A stretch of 64,000 bases of DNA, from assembly GCA_965240325.2 (NCBI GenBank), contig OZ251227.1:1054001-1118000 (forward strand), written 5' to 3'. This DNA comes from Rebecca billardiae RCC1528. Lineage: Eukaryota > Protista > Haptophyta. Below the pieces are notes generated by a model. It searched no databases. It saw only the letters and a program-made list of their open reading frames with translations, and was not told the DNA's origin. Within the stretch, counting starts at the first letter, position 1. Every line of letters starts with the position of its first letter. The position numbers and the translations under genes are program-made. Positions 47,561 to 59,216 of this stretch are shown in pieces.

Positions 47561-47644
47561 CTTAACCAAGTGTGCACGTTAAAACATAGTAAACTGTAAT
47601 CTCGCCTGCCTGAGCTGTGTGCGTCTCTTATTCTTAGTAAACTG
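47561..47644. repeat. Two orphan ends of the CAGTTTACTA MITE family in tandem
   Basis: TTAACCAAGTGTGCACGTTAAAACATAGTAAACTG-TA followed by ATCTCGCCTGCCTGAGCTGTGTGCGTCTCTTATTCTTAGTAAACTG-TA. Confidence 0.8.
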
Positions 47645-48906
47645 TAGCTACGGATGAGTGTGGAAGCTCTGAGACTTAGACTGAGCGCTTATCAAAATTG
47701 TAGAATGTAGCAGTCGGATATAATATGCCGATCCCGACCGGCCGGATCGGGCGGGATCCGTGACTGGTGCTTAGTTCCCGAGGAGAGGGTTGATGCTACT
47801 AAGTTACGAGCACAGCCACAGAGCAGCTGACATTCAATATTCCTCAGAACGGGTTACCCGCCTCACGCCTGTATTACTGTCATACCACCGTATCATTAAT
47901 CATACCCCGGTCAGCAGTAATGAAACCGGCCAGTTAGCCCGCGTGCCGAGCGCGGCAGACAGTACTGTAGACTGTCGAGCCCGGAAGTCAGACGTGCCTC
48001 GCGTTACACGTGCGGCACGGCTGATCAGTGATCTGAGTGATCATCGACTGCGCAGGCAGTCTTAGTGGCTAGTGCTGTGCGGCTTGCGCGTAACAGTCGG
48101 AGGCTTCGTCGCCTTAGTCGCGGACCGACGCCACCGTCAGTTATACTCACGGACGAGACGGGCACTCTGCACTGGCTAACCGACACTGAGTCAGCGACAG
48201 CCGGTCCACCAGGCCGAGTGGCGTCAGCCGACTCAGCAGACTACTGAGACTGAGTCTGGCCTCTGGGAGTGGTCCGAACGTCAACGGTGTAGTAGTGTGA
48301 GACTTGTCCGTTGTTGCCCGAATCGTCAGCTCGGCCGCACAGAGTCACAGCTAGGTTACTCTCGGGGCGATCGGACTCGCCACTCGGTCCTAAGTCTCGT
48401 CGCGGTTCAATCTTCATCACTGCACTGCTCCTGACTGCAGTAACTGCTGTCGTCTGCCGCGCTCTGCCGAGCGCGGCCGAACGGTGGGCGCCGCGGCGGC
48501 GCGGACTCGCGGTTCGGGCTGAATGACCGGTCCGGAAAGTCGAAGTCGAGACGGCATCACTCGCCTGTAGCCAGCGGCGCCATGCGGGCCGCCGGGCTCC
48601 GGGCGCTCTCTTAATCTGGCCGACTCGCAGGCTTGCAGCATCGCAGCACGCAAGACTCGTGAGTGCAGAGCGCCGCCGCAGCACTTGTTGCCTGACGCTC
48701 ACTTGGCCACGGTCGGCACTGCGCACCCCACGATGCGCGCCACCGCCGGAAGGGTCCGTGGCTCTCAGCTAGCTGTTTCGGACACCGCCGCCCTAGACCA
48801 CGAGACCCTTGCTCGCCCGGTTGCTGCGCGCAACATGCTGGACCACCATGATCATGCCCCCGACAGCCTGCGCGAGGCGGCGAGCAATACGCGCGCGGGC
48901 AAAGCT

Positions 48907-49428
48907 TCACTTCTTCTCCTCCTCAGCCGGGGGTTCTGGCAGCTTGAGCTCCACGTTGAGCGCGGCGGGGAAGTCGACGCTGGGTTCGCGCATTGGGATG
49001 TCCAGCCGCCGGACCGCCGCGTTCCGGTCCTTGAGCGAGTCGAGCACAAGCTGCTTGTGCTGCATCAGCCGCTCCTTCTCCGCGCCGGTGGGCTCTTCCC
49101 AGGCCCGCCACTCTGCGTACTTGGGAATGAGCTCCATCTCGGTTTTGACCATGTCGATGACCTCCTCGATCTCGCCGAGGCCCACCTTCTCTTCGAACTC
49201 GGCAACGCTCTTGCTCCCCTCGATGGATGTGAGCAAGAAGTTGGTGAACTTTTCGATGTCTTGCCGGTACGGGATCTGCGCAGGCAGCACCTGCACAGCG
49301 CTCAGCTGCTGCTTACAGAGGCCTCCGAGGACCGGAAGCGCGTCGGGCACCACATCTAGGCCCACCAGGTTCGTCCGCGTCTTGACAGCCGTGCTCAGCG
49401 TGCGCCGAGCTGCCGATGCAAGAAGCAT
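48907..49428 (-). CDS. NDUFA5: NADH:ubiquinone oxidoreductase subunit A5 (B13)
   Basis: Mitochondrial presequence; KTRTNLVGLDV, LPAQIPYRQDIE, FEEKVGLGEIEEVI..EMELIPKYAEWRAWE. Confidence 0.9.
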   Translation of the reverse strand: MLLASAARRTLSTAVKTRTNLVGLDVVPDALPVLGGLCKQQLSAVQVLPAQIPYRQDIEKFTNFLLTSIEGSKSVAEFEEKVGLGEIEEVIDMVKTEMELIPKYAEWRAWEEPTGAEKERLMQHKQLVLDSLKDRNAAVRRLDIPMREPSVDFPAALNVELKLPEPPAEEEKK

Positions 49429-49676
49429 GGTGGCCGCAGCCCTGCTGCGACTTCCCGGGCGAAGCCAGCCAAGTCCGGGCGAGCCGTCCGGCTCGTCGAT
49501 CGACTTGGAGTGGGGAGCGGCGGGCGCTGCTGCGCGAGGCGCTGCGCACCCAGCGCTCGCGCGCAGCGAAGCAGGCCGAAACTCGCCCAACTCGGCGGCA
49601 CCTTTTGAGCGCAACTTCATCGGCGGAGCCGACGATTACGCGAAGCTGTGTGCTGCGACGCGCCGTGAGTGCAGCC

Positions 49677-51611
49677 ATGCGCCAGCTGGTGCTCGCAGCA
49701 GCGGTCTGCTGGAGCGGCGGTGCGCCTGGCCTCCCTCTCCACGGCGTGCACAAGTCGCCCCTGCTCACGCGCGGCGCGCTCACCTGGCTCGCTGATGGCG
49801 CCGGGGCGAAAGCGGCGAGGGGCGCCTCGGAGGGCCGAATGACAACTGCTGCGCAGAAGTGGTTCGACCGGCTCGATAAGGACGGGGATGGATCGGTGTC
49901 TGTCGACGAGTTTCTCGACGGCTTCGACCAGCTCGAGCGCGAGCTCGCCCCGCAGGCTCGCGAGTCTGTCGCCCTCGCCGCCGAGAAGATGGTGACCAAA
50001 ATTGCAGATGCGATCGCCACCGATCCGGACCGCACGGTGAGCCTCAGCCTGCGCAGGCTGAAGGGCGACCTGGAGGAGCTGGAGTACCAGGCGGCGCTCG
50101 GCCTCCGCCTCACCGAGACCGAAATCATCGCCCTCATGTCCATGACCTTCATCTCGTTCACGTCGCCCATCTTCTTCACGGAGAAGGTTGTGGAGGTGCT
50201 CATCCCGTCCATGGCGGCGCTCGCGGCGGCGCTCGGCATCACCTTCGAGTACGTCGGCAAGGTGGCGGTGTCGGGCGGCAAGGAGATTGCCGCGAACGCC
50301 CTCCAGGCCGCCGCCGAGTCGGAGCAGCAGCTCGCCGCCGCCGAGCGCGCCAAGGCGGTGCTCCCGCTGTGCGCGGGCGTGTCTGCGAGCGCCTCGGCAT
50401 TTGCGCTGCTCGCACCTGCGCTCCTCGAGCACCTGATGCCCAACGCCGCGGTGCTCGCGTCCGCGGAGTACTTCCTGCTCTGCCCGTGCGTCTCGATCCT
50501 CGCCGCAGCCATCGCCGCGCTCGCAGCCGAGGACACCGCCGCGCTCTGCGAGCAGGCCAAGTCTGTGGGCGAGCGCCGCTTTGCGATGAGATCAGAAGTC
50601 TCGGCGACCTGGCTGAGTGTGACAGAGCGCGTGGAGCGCGGCGGCTTGAACGACAGGAAGAAGTGGCTGTCGTTCGCGACGAGCGTGCTTCCCGCGCCGC
50701 TTCTGGCCACCATATTCCCCGCGACGCTCGCGGACAAGTGCGTCCTCGCCGCCGCCACGGCAGCGGCGCAAGCAGCCTACCACCTGGCCAAAGCGGTGCG
50801 CGCGGCGCGTGGCGGGACCGGGCCTGGCGCCACGCCGCGCGCGCCTGCCGTGGGGCCCACGGGTGCTGATCGGAGCCGCGGGGACGCAGATGGCTCACAT
50901 CTCCTCGCTCGCCTGATTTCCGAATCATCGCCCCCCTTGTGCCCCGCGCTCGCCCCCTCCATCGCAGGAGTACACGCTCGCTATCGCGACGGACGCTGTC
51001 GCTGTGAAGGCACGCGTTGCGGCCGTGGCCGACACGTATGCCAACCAGGGCGCGCGAGCAGGCGCGCTCCTACCCTTCACGTCGGCGCTCGCCGGCCTCT
51101 GTGTCGCGGCCGCGGCATTCATCGTCGAGCTCAACCCGCTCGGAGCGAGCATATTCCCTGCGTTGGGTGCGCGCGTGCGGCATTGCGCGCGCTCAGCGTG
51201 TGCAGCCAAGCGCACGCCCGCGCACGACAGCCGCGACCGCGACCGCTGGTGGGTGTGCGCTTTGCCCCTCGCTTCTGACACCAGCACCCGCCCCGCCTGG
51301 CGCGGCGCGTGGCCCATCCCCCTGCAGCATCCATCTTCGCCGCCGCGGCGAGCGTGGCAAAGGCGCGCTGCGAGATCGACTTCTCCGCGACCACGCAGGC
51401 GGCGAGCGAGCTCGCGTTCAGAGGGGAGATGGATGCTGGGGACGGCGAGAGGCGCTTCCTGCGCCCGATCGAGAGCGTCGGCAAGCTGATCAAGCAGGTC
51501 GCGAAAAACATCTGGCAGTCGACGAGGAGGCAGTTCGGCTCATTGTTGGGGATGGTCACTTCGCTCGTGAGAAGCGACCCTCAGCCGCCGCTCCGCGGGG
51601 CTGGCGCGTGA
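49677..51611 (+). CDS. EF-hand-containing multi-TM protein with N-terminal signal peptide, function unknown
   Basis: WFDRLDKDGDGSVSVDEF EF-hand; Ala-rich TM helices; GT-AG introns 50796-50967 and 51167-51327 join three ORF frames. Confidence 0.75.
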
Positions 51612-52326
51612 GCCCGAAATGGTCGCCGCAGCATGCCCGAGATCACCCGTGCTTCGTCGTCGACGAGCACTGCACCAGCGATTTCTATCCACGTCGAGCA
51701 CTACCACGTCCCACTTCGGACCACGAATGGGTTGGTCGCACGAAGCAGTACACCATCAGGTTCCTGGAAGCAGGAGGCTCAGGTTGGACGTTACGGCATC
51801 GACGGCCGGTCGGCCGTGAGCTGCGGCCACCGTGCCCGCGCCCTTGCCCGGCAGACAGCACCGAGCCACAGCCTGCTGAGATGACCTGCTACGTCTGCTG
51901 ATCCATCAATCGCATGACACTACAGTATAGAATCATCTGAAGATAATGAGCTCCTCACAATCAGCCTCAGAAACGGCCGACGCGAGCCGGGGTGGCCCCG
52001 GCCCGCGCGAGAGTGGCCCGCGAGTCCGACGGCGCACTCTCGTCTCTCCCGCACTCTCTCCGAGTCTCAGAATCTGTCTCATGTCTGTCTCTCCGCCACT
52101 CGCGGGTCGGGGCTCGGCACGGCGACCTCGCGTAATCGAGCCCGCTGCTCGGCGATGAGTTTCAGGCTGATGAGAGAGCGGTGCGACACTGCGACGACAG
52201 TACATGCATCAGATTCAGCAGTACAGACTGCAGTATTGAAGGTCTCTCTTCGGAGAGCGTGCGATGAAGGATGGCGCGGCAACCTGCCACCGTGAGCCTT
52301 ACGCACGTTAAAACAAATAAACTGTA

Positions 52327-52530
52327 CAGTTTACTAGAAGAATAAGAGACGCACACAGCTCAGGCAGGCGAACGGTCCGCCTTGAAGTTGTGACTTGTGA
52401 ATGAAGTACTGTGCGGCAACGCGCCCCTCACCTGCCTGCGCCGGTCTGTTTTGTGGCGGTGTCTTTGTGCAGTGTTGGATGGCGTCAATCACGCCTTAAC
52501 CAAGTGTGCACGTTAAAACATAGTAAACTG
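52327..52530. mobile_element. 204-bp Tc1/mariner(pogo)-type MITE
   Basis: TA-CAGTTTACTA ... TAGTAAACTG-TA: 10-bp perfect TIR beginning CAGT, with TA on both sides; both ends recur elsewhere in the window. Confidence 0.8.
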
Positions 52531-52658
52531 TACTCATCAGTTGATCAGTCGTTAAAATCATAGAATGAGTATACGATCTCGCCTGCTGCAGACCTGAGCT
52601 GTGTGCGTCTCTTGTTATTCTTTTTACTGTTACCGTACCATAGTCATCGTGCGTCAGG

Positions 52659-53993
52659 ATGGCGTCGTCGTTCTCGCTCGGCACGTGTCTGGCCCTCTGC
52701 TTGGTCATCCGAGGCGCGGGCTGGGAGTATGATCCCAGCTGGACGGCTCAGCACCCGTCCGACCTCGACCACTTGGCTCGCACCGTTGCGCCGGACATCT
52801 TCTCCGTGGTGGGGGACGGCCTCCCGTTCGACGACCGCTACGCCAATCCGTGCTGGCGCAACGCGACGGACGGCCGGCTGATGTGCCTTCCGGCCTTTTA
52901 CCTGATTGGCGGCTTCCAGTGTGGCGCACGTGATCTCGCGACACGTCTCAGCCGCGCGTCTGACATCGTACTCCCAGTGAAGAAGGCGAGCGAGTTCTGG
53001 ACTCGCTCGCCGGGGGAGATGTCGTTTGAGGTGTTCGTGACGAAGGTCGTGGGCAGCGCCGTGCCCGCCATCGAGGCGGACCCGTCTCGCAAGCTGACGC
53101 CCATCTCGAGCGTGGGCATGCTCACCTTTACCTGGTCAGCACATCGGCGTGTGCACGCCGCCTATGGCCGCGCCTTCTCGCAGTGCGCCAAGCTCTGCCA
53201 CCGCAAGGCGGCGCTCGCTGCGGGTGTGCGTGTGCCGCCAGAGCTGGGCGCGCAGTGCCGCAACCGCTCGTTTGTCCTCGACTACTGCTCGCGGGTCGCG
53301 TGGGAGCGAGACCCGGCGAGCGCTCTGCGGCCAGTGGGCAGTGAGCTCACGATGCCTTGGCTGATGGCACGCGCGCACGGCGCACGTGTGCGCGTGGTCG
53401 CGCTCCTGCGCAACCCGGCGGATCGGCTGTGGAGCGCGTACTTCACGTACCCACAGTTCTGGTCGCGGTACGGTGACTCGGAGAAAGGTGTCGGCGAGTA
53501 CTTCCGAGAGCAGTCGGGTGCGTTCGCGCGGTGTGAGGCACTGCACGGCGCACGTGCGTGCGCCATGCGCTTCAAGAGCCTTGGCTCACGCTGGAGCGCT
53601 GTCTTTTACGGCTGCGACCAGCTGATCAAGTCCATGTACTCCGTGTTTGTCGTGGAGTGGATCGCCGCGCTTGGTCGGGAGCGCACGCACTTCGAGCTCG
53701 CCGAGGATTACTTTGACCCCGCGAGCAGGCCGCACGTCATCTCTCGAGTGGCTGCGTTTGTTGGTCTACGACTGTCCGCGGCCGAGCTCGATGCCATGGC
53801 CGCCAGCGCACACCACCCACCTTCGCGTCGTAGCCCAGGCTATGCGCCGTCGGGTCGCATGTCGGCCTCGCTCCGTGGCGAGATGGATGCCTTCTACCGG
53901 GCGTACAACGTCGAATTGGCGCGGATGTTGGACGAGCCGCGCATCATGGAGTCGTGGCCTGTCCACAAGCTGCCCCTGAGTCGGCCCACGTAG
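52659..53993 (+). CDS. Secretory-pathway carbohydrate sulfotransferase-like protein (CHST15/HS3ST fold)
   Basis: Signal anchor; NPCW..CLPAFYLIG, LLRNPADRLWSAY (3'-PB), SMYSVFVVEW, FYRAYNVELARML. Confidence 0.85.
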   Translation: MASSFSLGTCLALCLVIRGAGWEYDPSWTAQHPSDLDHLARTVAPDIFSVVGDGLPFDDRYANPCWRNATDGRLMCLPAFYLIGGFQCGARDLATRLSRASDIVLPVKKASEFWTRSPGEMSFEVFVTKVVGSAVPAIEADPSRKLTPISSVGMLTFTWSAHRRVHAAYGRAFSQCAKLCHRKAALAAGVRVPPELGAQCRNRSFVLDYCSRVAWERDPASALRPVGSELTMPWLMARAHGARVRVVALLRNPADRLWSAYFTYPQFWSRYGDSEKGVGEYFREQSGAFARCEALHGARACAMRFKSLGSRWSAVFYGCDQLIKSMYSVFVVEWIAALGRERTHFELAEDYFDPASRPHVISRVAAFVGLRLSAAELDAMAASAHHPPSRRSPGYAPSGRMSASLRGEMDAFYRAYNVELARMLDEPRIMESWPVHKLPLSRPT

Positions 53994-54223
53994 GCCTGGC
54001 CAAGCTCCGGGCTGATGGACTGGTCTGAGTGACTGGTTTGGGGTTCCGGGTTGGCGCCTGGCGGGCCTGACGTTCGGGGGGCCGCTGCACAGCGCAACCT
54101 ATTAAATAATTATTATTATAAGGCGTCTAAATAGTATAATTATTCATCATGACACTAATCTAGACGAAATTGTAGTGATGAGTAGCTATCTCGCCCGCCT
54201 GAGCTGGGCGCGTCTCTTATTCT

Positions 54224-54823
54224 TCAGCGGATAGCCGAGCTCGCCGCGCCCAGGGCATCGCGAGCGCGCCGCAGCTCAGAATGCAAGACCTCGAGGCTGT
54301 CTGCATCCATCGAGAAAGTCAGGCGCTCTCCACTTGTGAGCTCGAGACGCAGTGTCGTGATTGGCGCGCTCGTCTCTCCAAGATCGCTCGAAGCGAGCAC
54401 GTGTTCGACCCGGTAGCCCGACGACCGCAGGCGCGGGAACTGCACGCCTGTGCGGCGCGCATGTGCTTGGATCGCCGTGCACTTTTGGCGATAGGGGCGG
54501 CAGATCGCGTCGGCGTGCTCTTTCGGAAGGCCAAGCTGCTGGAGCTCGTCAAGCAACGTGGGATCATCCACGTCGTGCCTCGCGGCGCCACTGATCACAA
54601 AGTGCAGCGCAGCGAGCACAGCGCGCGCGGACGAGTCGTCGAGCTTCGTGTCGGCGACGAGCTTGAGGGCCTTCGTCTCGTCGACATCCTCGCCAGCGAG
54701 CTCCTGAGCAACGACCTGCTGCGCGAGTAGTCGTATCCGCACGGCCGAGACTTTACTCAGCGTCGCGATCTCGAGCAGGAGCCAATCAGGGCAATCGAGT
54801 CCGCCGCACAGCGCGAAGCGCAT
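54224..54823 (-). CDS. COMMD4: COMM domain-containing protein 4
   Basis: MRF.LCGGLDCPDWLL.EIATLSKVSAVR, ELQQLGLPKEH, YRVEHVLASS. Confidence 0.92.
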   Translation of the reverse strand: MRFALCGGLDCPDWLLLEIATLSKVSAVRIRLLAQQVVAQELAGEDVDETKALKLVADTKLDDSSARAVLAALHFVISGAARHDVDDPTLLDELQQLGLPKEHADAICRPYRQKCTAIQAHARRTGVQFPRLRSSGYRVEHVLASSDLGETSAPITTLRLELTSGERLTFSMDADSLEVLHSELRRARDALGAASSAIR

Positions 54824-55008
54824 CGATTTCCTCTATGGGCTCCTGGGAGGCGGCGACGCCATGCAGCTTGGGGCCCATCAGGTCCGGTTTCCGCCGGCCG
54901 CCGCCCCCGCTGGGTTTTTCCCTTTCAACTTTTTCGGCTCGTCACTATCTTCGGCCCCAAACCCGCGCCGACTGCGTAGACTGCGCCGCTGTCTCACGGC
55001 CGGCCATC

Positions 55009-57032
55009 ATGCCGAAGACGTTCGAGTTCCAGGATCAGCTGCCGTCGCTGCCGGCGCCCGATCTGGCGGAGACGTGCGAGGTCTACCTGCGCAGCCTCAA
55101 GCCCTTGCTCACCGACGAAGAGTTCGAGCACTCGCAGGCGGTCGTCGCCGACTTTGCCCGCGAAGGTGCGACAGGGCGCGTGCGCGCTCGCAGCCCTGCC
55201 CCATGGCGTGACATCGCCGGCCTCCCTGTGCGCCCCTCTGTGCGCGCCAACAGGAGGCCAGGGGCTTGAGCTGCAAAAGGTGATCGATGAGCGCGCCAAG
55301 GAGCACCGCAACTGGATGGAGGAGTGGTGGCTGCGGACGGCGTACCTGATGACGCGCGAGACGTTTGCGGTGCACGTGAACTGGTTCGGCGTGTTCCCGG
55401 ACTGGGGCGTCAAGCTCACGTCGGTGCAGGCGGCTGCGCTGATGATGGTCTCCACGCTCGAGTTCAAGCAGGCGCTCGATCGCCAGGAGCTGCCGCCCGA
55501 GATGATGCGAGGCGCACCGCTCTGCATGGACCAGTACAGCCGAATCTTCGGCACGACGCGCGTGCCGCAGGAGGGCGAGGACGTGATCGAGACGCACAGC
55601 GACTCGCGCCACGTGGTGATCTTCCGGGACGACCACGTCTTCAGCGTCACCCCGTACCACCCCGACGGCTCCGTCTACTCCGTGCCCGAGGCGGCGGCGC
55701 TGCTGCAGGCCGTGCTCGACGCGTCGTCGTCGGTGCTGGAGGAACGAGAGGAGCCGTCCGTCTCGGTGCTCACGTCGATGGAGCGCGACCGCTGGGCGGC
55801 CGTGCGCGCGGACATGATGGAGCGCTCCGCTGTGAACCGCGCCTCGATCCGCGAGATCGAGACGGCGATGTACTGCCTCTCGTTTGAGGACGCGTCGCCG
55901 ACGAGCAAGCAGGAGGTGGCTGGCCACTGCCTCGCGGGCGACGGGCGGAATAAGTGGTTCGACAAGTCGTTCACGACGCTGGTCTTTGACAACGGGCGGG
56001 GCGGGTGCAACGCGGAGCACTCGCCCGTCGACGCGATGGTGTGCGTCTCGATGTTCGACTACGTCGTCAAGCGCACGCGCGACAAGGTGATCGCGGACAA
56101 GGCGCACCTCTTTGAGCCACTGCCGCGCGGCTCGGTGCAGCCGCCGACCAAGCTCAAGTGGGAGATGTGGCCGGCGCTCTCCATGTCGATCGAGACGGCG
56201 AGCGTCGAGCTGATGCGGCTGATCTCCGACGTCTCGCTCGGCGTGTTCAAGTTCAAGCACTTTGGCAAGGCCTTCATCAAGCGGTACAAGCTGCACCCGG
56301 TGCGCGCGCCCTGCGCGTGCGTGCGCTGGCTCGTCGGCGCGCGACGCCACCCGCGCGCCCCGTCCTCGAGCCGCCGCCCGCCTCCGTGCGGCCTCCGTGC
56401 GGCGCCCTCACCAGGACTTCTTCGTGCAGATGGCGATCCAGCTCGCGTACTACCGGCTGCACGGCGAGGTGGTCGCCACGTACGAGACGGGCCACACGCG
56501 CGCCTTCTACCATGGGCGCACCGAGACGATCCGCACGTGCTCGGTCGAGTCTGCGGCGTACGTGCGCGCCATGGAGAGCAGCGCCCTCTCGAGCGAGGAC
56601 AAGTACGCGGCGCTCAAGGCGGCGATCACGGCGCACGGCGAGTACGCGACACGCGCGCTCTCGGCGCGCGCGTGCGATCGTCATTTGCTGGGGCTGCAGA
56701 TTGCCGCCTACCTCTCGGGCATGTCGCCGCGCCCGGCTATCTTCACAGACACGGCGTTCAAAAAGTCGGGCGGCAGCGGCAACTTTGTGGTGTCGACGAG
56801 CAATGTGGGGTACACGCCGCTCTTCGGCGGCTTTGCGCCGATGGTCAAGCATGGCTACGGCGCGTGCTACTCTATCCTGGACTCCAGGATCAACATCTCG
56901 ACCTCGTCGTGGAACTCGTGTGCGCACACGGACTGCCACCGCTTTGGCGAGCAGATCGTGCGTGCACTCATCGACCTGCAGCAGCTGTGCATCACCGCCA
57001 ACCCGCCGCTACCGCCGCCGTCCAAGCTGTGA
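55009..57032 (+). CDS. Peroxisomal carnitine O-acyltransferase (CROT/CRAT family)
   Basis: LPSLPAPDL, NWMEEWW, NKWFDKS, catalytic EHSPVDA, TYETGHTRAFYHGRTETIR, STS; C-terminal SKL (PTS1); introns 55166-55253 and 56300-56414. Confidence 0.93.
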
Positions 57033-57789
57033 GCGGGTTCGACTCACGGGCCCGGAGGGGCGGCGGATCGGTGCCGCCCGCGTCGGACAGCAGGCTCACG
57101 GCAACGGGACTCGTGAATGCTGAATCATGAACTGCCGTATATCGTCACTATCAATTATAATAAAGCTCAGCCACCTGACTCCTCAGAGTCAGGTCCCGGA
57201 TCCCGTCGGCCACGCCCACTGGCCACTGGCCGACTCGGTCACTGACTGACTACTGAGGCGTGCGCGTCAGTCCGTGCTGTCCGTCAGACCCAGCGTAGGC
57301 CGACGGTGCCACTAGTTCAGACTACCGAGTCAGTTCGGGTTCAGAGTCGCGCCGCCGCCCGCCGCCATGCCAGTAGCTAGTAGCTTACTACGACGTAATA
57401 CTAATACGGACTGCTTAATAATTAAGAAGCAGCTAAGGGCGCAGTAACTAGTAAGGCGGCAGATTATTTAAAAACGATAGCAGCTGCCGAGTATCGTCCG
57501 GCCGGTTACCAGCACTAGCAGCTAGAGTCGGTAGTAGTAGTACTTGATGATTGTCAATGTCATCACCGACTGCGACGATCTTGATGATCGTCGCTCGAGC
57601 CGAAATGACAGCAATCTCGCCTGCCTGAGTTGTGTGCGTCTTATGACGACTTATTCCTAGTACCCCCATAGTACTTTTCTACTTTAGTTACAAACTGTAG
57701 GTAACAACTGATAGTCCGGCCGGGGGCGCGGCCCAGCAAGCAAGGCCGGCCGCCGGGCCGCCGCCCCGGGCCGGCCAGCTGATGCCGTG

Positions 57790-58877
57790 GGCAAGGGTGG
57801 TCAGGGTCGCCGACTCCAGCGGAGTCCGGCGCCGGAGGTTTACCTACAGATTTTTGCAGCGGAGCGGCCGCGCGGGGCCGCCGCCGCTGTGGCGGGCCGC
57901 TTGGGGCGTGCACGGCGTGGGCTCGTGCGGCCGCTGCTGCGCACGCCGAGCGATCTAGCGCGGTCTCGCGGCTTGTTGATGGCCTCGCGCGCCGCAGCGC
58001 GCCGCGCGCCTTGCCTAGCTTCACCTGTCTCGCGCCTCGGCCGCCGTGCACGCATGCGGGGCCAAACCGCAAGCTCGGCGTGCCTCTCAGCCGAGCGTGC
58101 ACGTGCCTTGCGCGACGCGACGCGGGCATTGCCGCCGGGCGATGTAGCCGTAGGGTGGGCGCGCGACGTGAAGCCTCGGCGCGGATCGAGAACAATGAAA
58201 CGATGCCGCGTACGCGTGTGGACCGTCTGTGCGTTGAGCAGTGCTGAAAGCTGCACGACTGACTCTCTTGCCGGGGCGATCGTCACGTCGCATCGTCACG
58301 CAAGGCCCACACACACGTCATAGTGGCGTTTGTATTTTTGACTACAACGCTCGACTACAGTAGTCTTCACGAGTCGCAGCGTCGCGATATCCCATCGTTC
58401 AACGGAGGACCGTGATGTCCATTGGTGGTTGATGCGTCAGCAGTTGTCGACAGCTGACCGAGACGTTGAAGACACTCTCGATCCGCGCCGAGGCTTCACG
58501 TCGCGCGCCCACCCTACGGCTACATCGCCCGGCGGCAATGCCCGCGTCGCGTCGCGCAAGGCACGTGCACGCTCGGCTGAGAGGCACGCCGAGCTTGCGG
58601 TTTGGCCCCGCATGCGTGCACGGCGGCCGAGGCGCGAGACAGGTGAAGCTAGGCAAGGCGCGCGGCGCGCTGCGGCGCGCGAGGCCATCAACAAGCCGCG
58701 AGACCGCGCTAGATCGCTCGGCGTGCGCAGCAGCGGCCGCACGAGCCCACGCCGTGCACGCCCCAAGCGGCCCGCCACAGCGGCGGCGGCCCCGCGCGGC
58801 CGCTCCGCTGCAAAAATCTGTAGGTGAACCTCCGGCGCCGGACTCCGCTGGAGTCGGCGACCCTGACCACCCTTGCC
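57790..58877. repeat. 402-bp near-perfect inverted repeat (57790-58191 / 58476-58877; 284-bp spacer)
   Basis: Mirror ORFs 57787..58323+ and 58437..58964-; about 1 mismatch noticed. Confidence 0.95.
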
Positions 58878-58980
58878 GTGGGTAAGTACTGTACCCTCCC
58901 CGTGTGGTGTCAGAGCGCGCTCTCGAGCGCGTGCCTCCGAGCGCGGGGCGGCCGCTTGCTGCAATGGCCGCCTCGATGAG

Positions 58981-59100
58981 GTGCGGCAACGCGCCCCTCA
59001 CCTGCCTGCGCCGGTCTGTTTTGTGGCGGTGTCTTTGTGCAGTGTTGGATGGCGTTAATCACGACTTAACCAAGTGTGCACGTTAAATCATAGTAAACTG
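58981..59100. repeat. Orphan right end (~120 bp) of the CAGTTTACTA MITE family
   Basis: Nearly identical to 52411-52530 and followed by TA. Confidence 0.85.
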
Positions 59101-59216
59101 TAGGGCGGCAGGCATCTTTGACATTTGCAGGACCTCCGACCTCCGACCTCCTCACGAGTGGCGGCCATTTCCCGACGCTGCTGTGAACACACGGCAGCAC
59201 GGAGCCTCACCCCGTG

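Noticed and set aside
47610-47640. Sequencing adapter (GTCTCTTAT resembles the Nextera mosaic end)
   Set aside because: The match is only ~9 bp, and the motif is part of a MITE end with naturally diverged copies.
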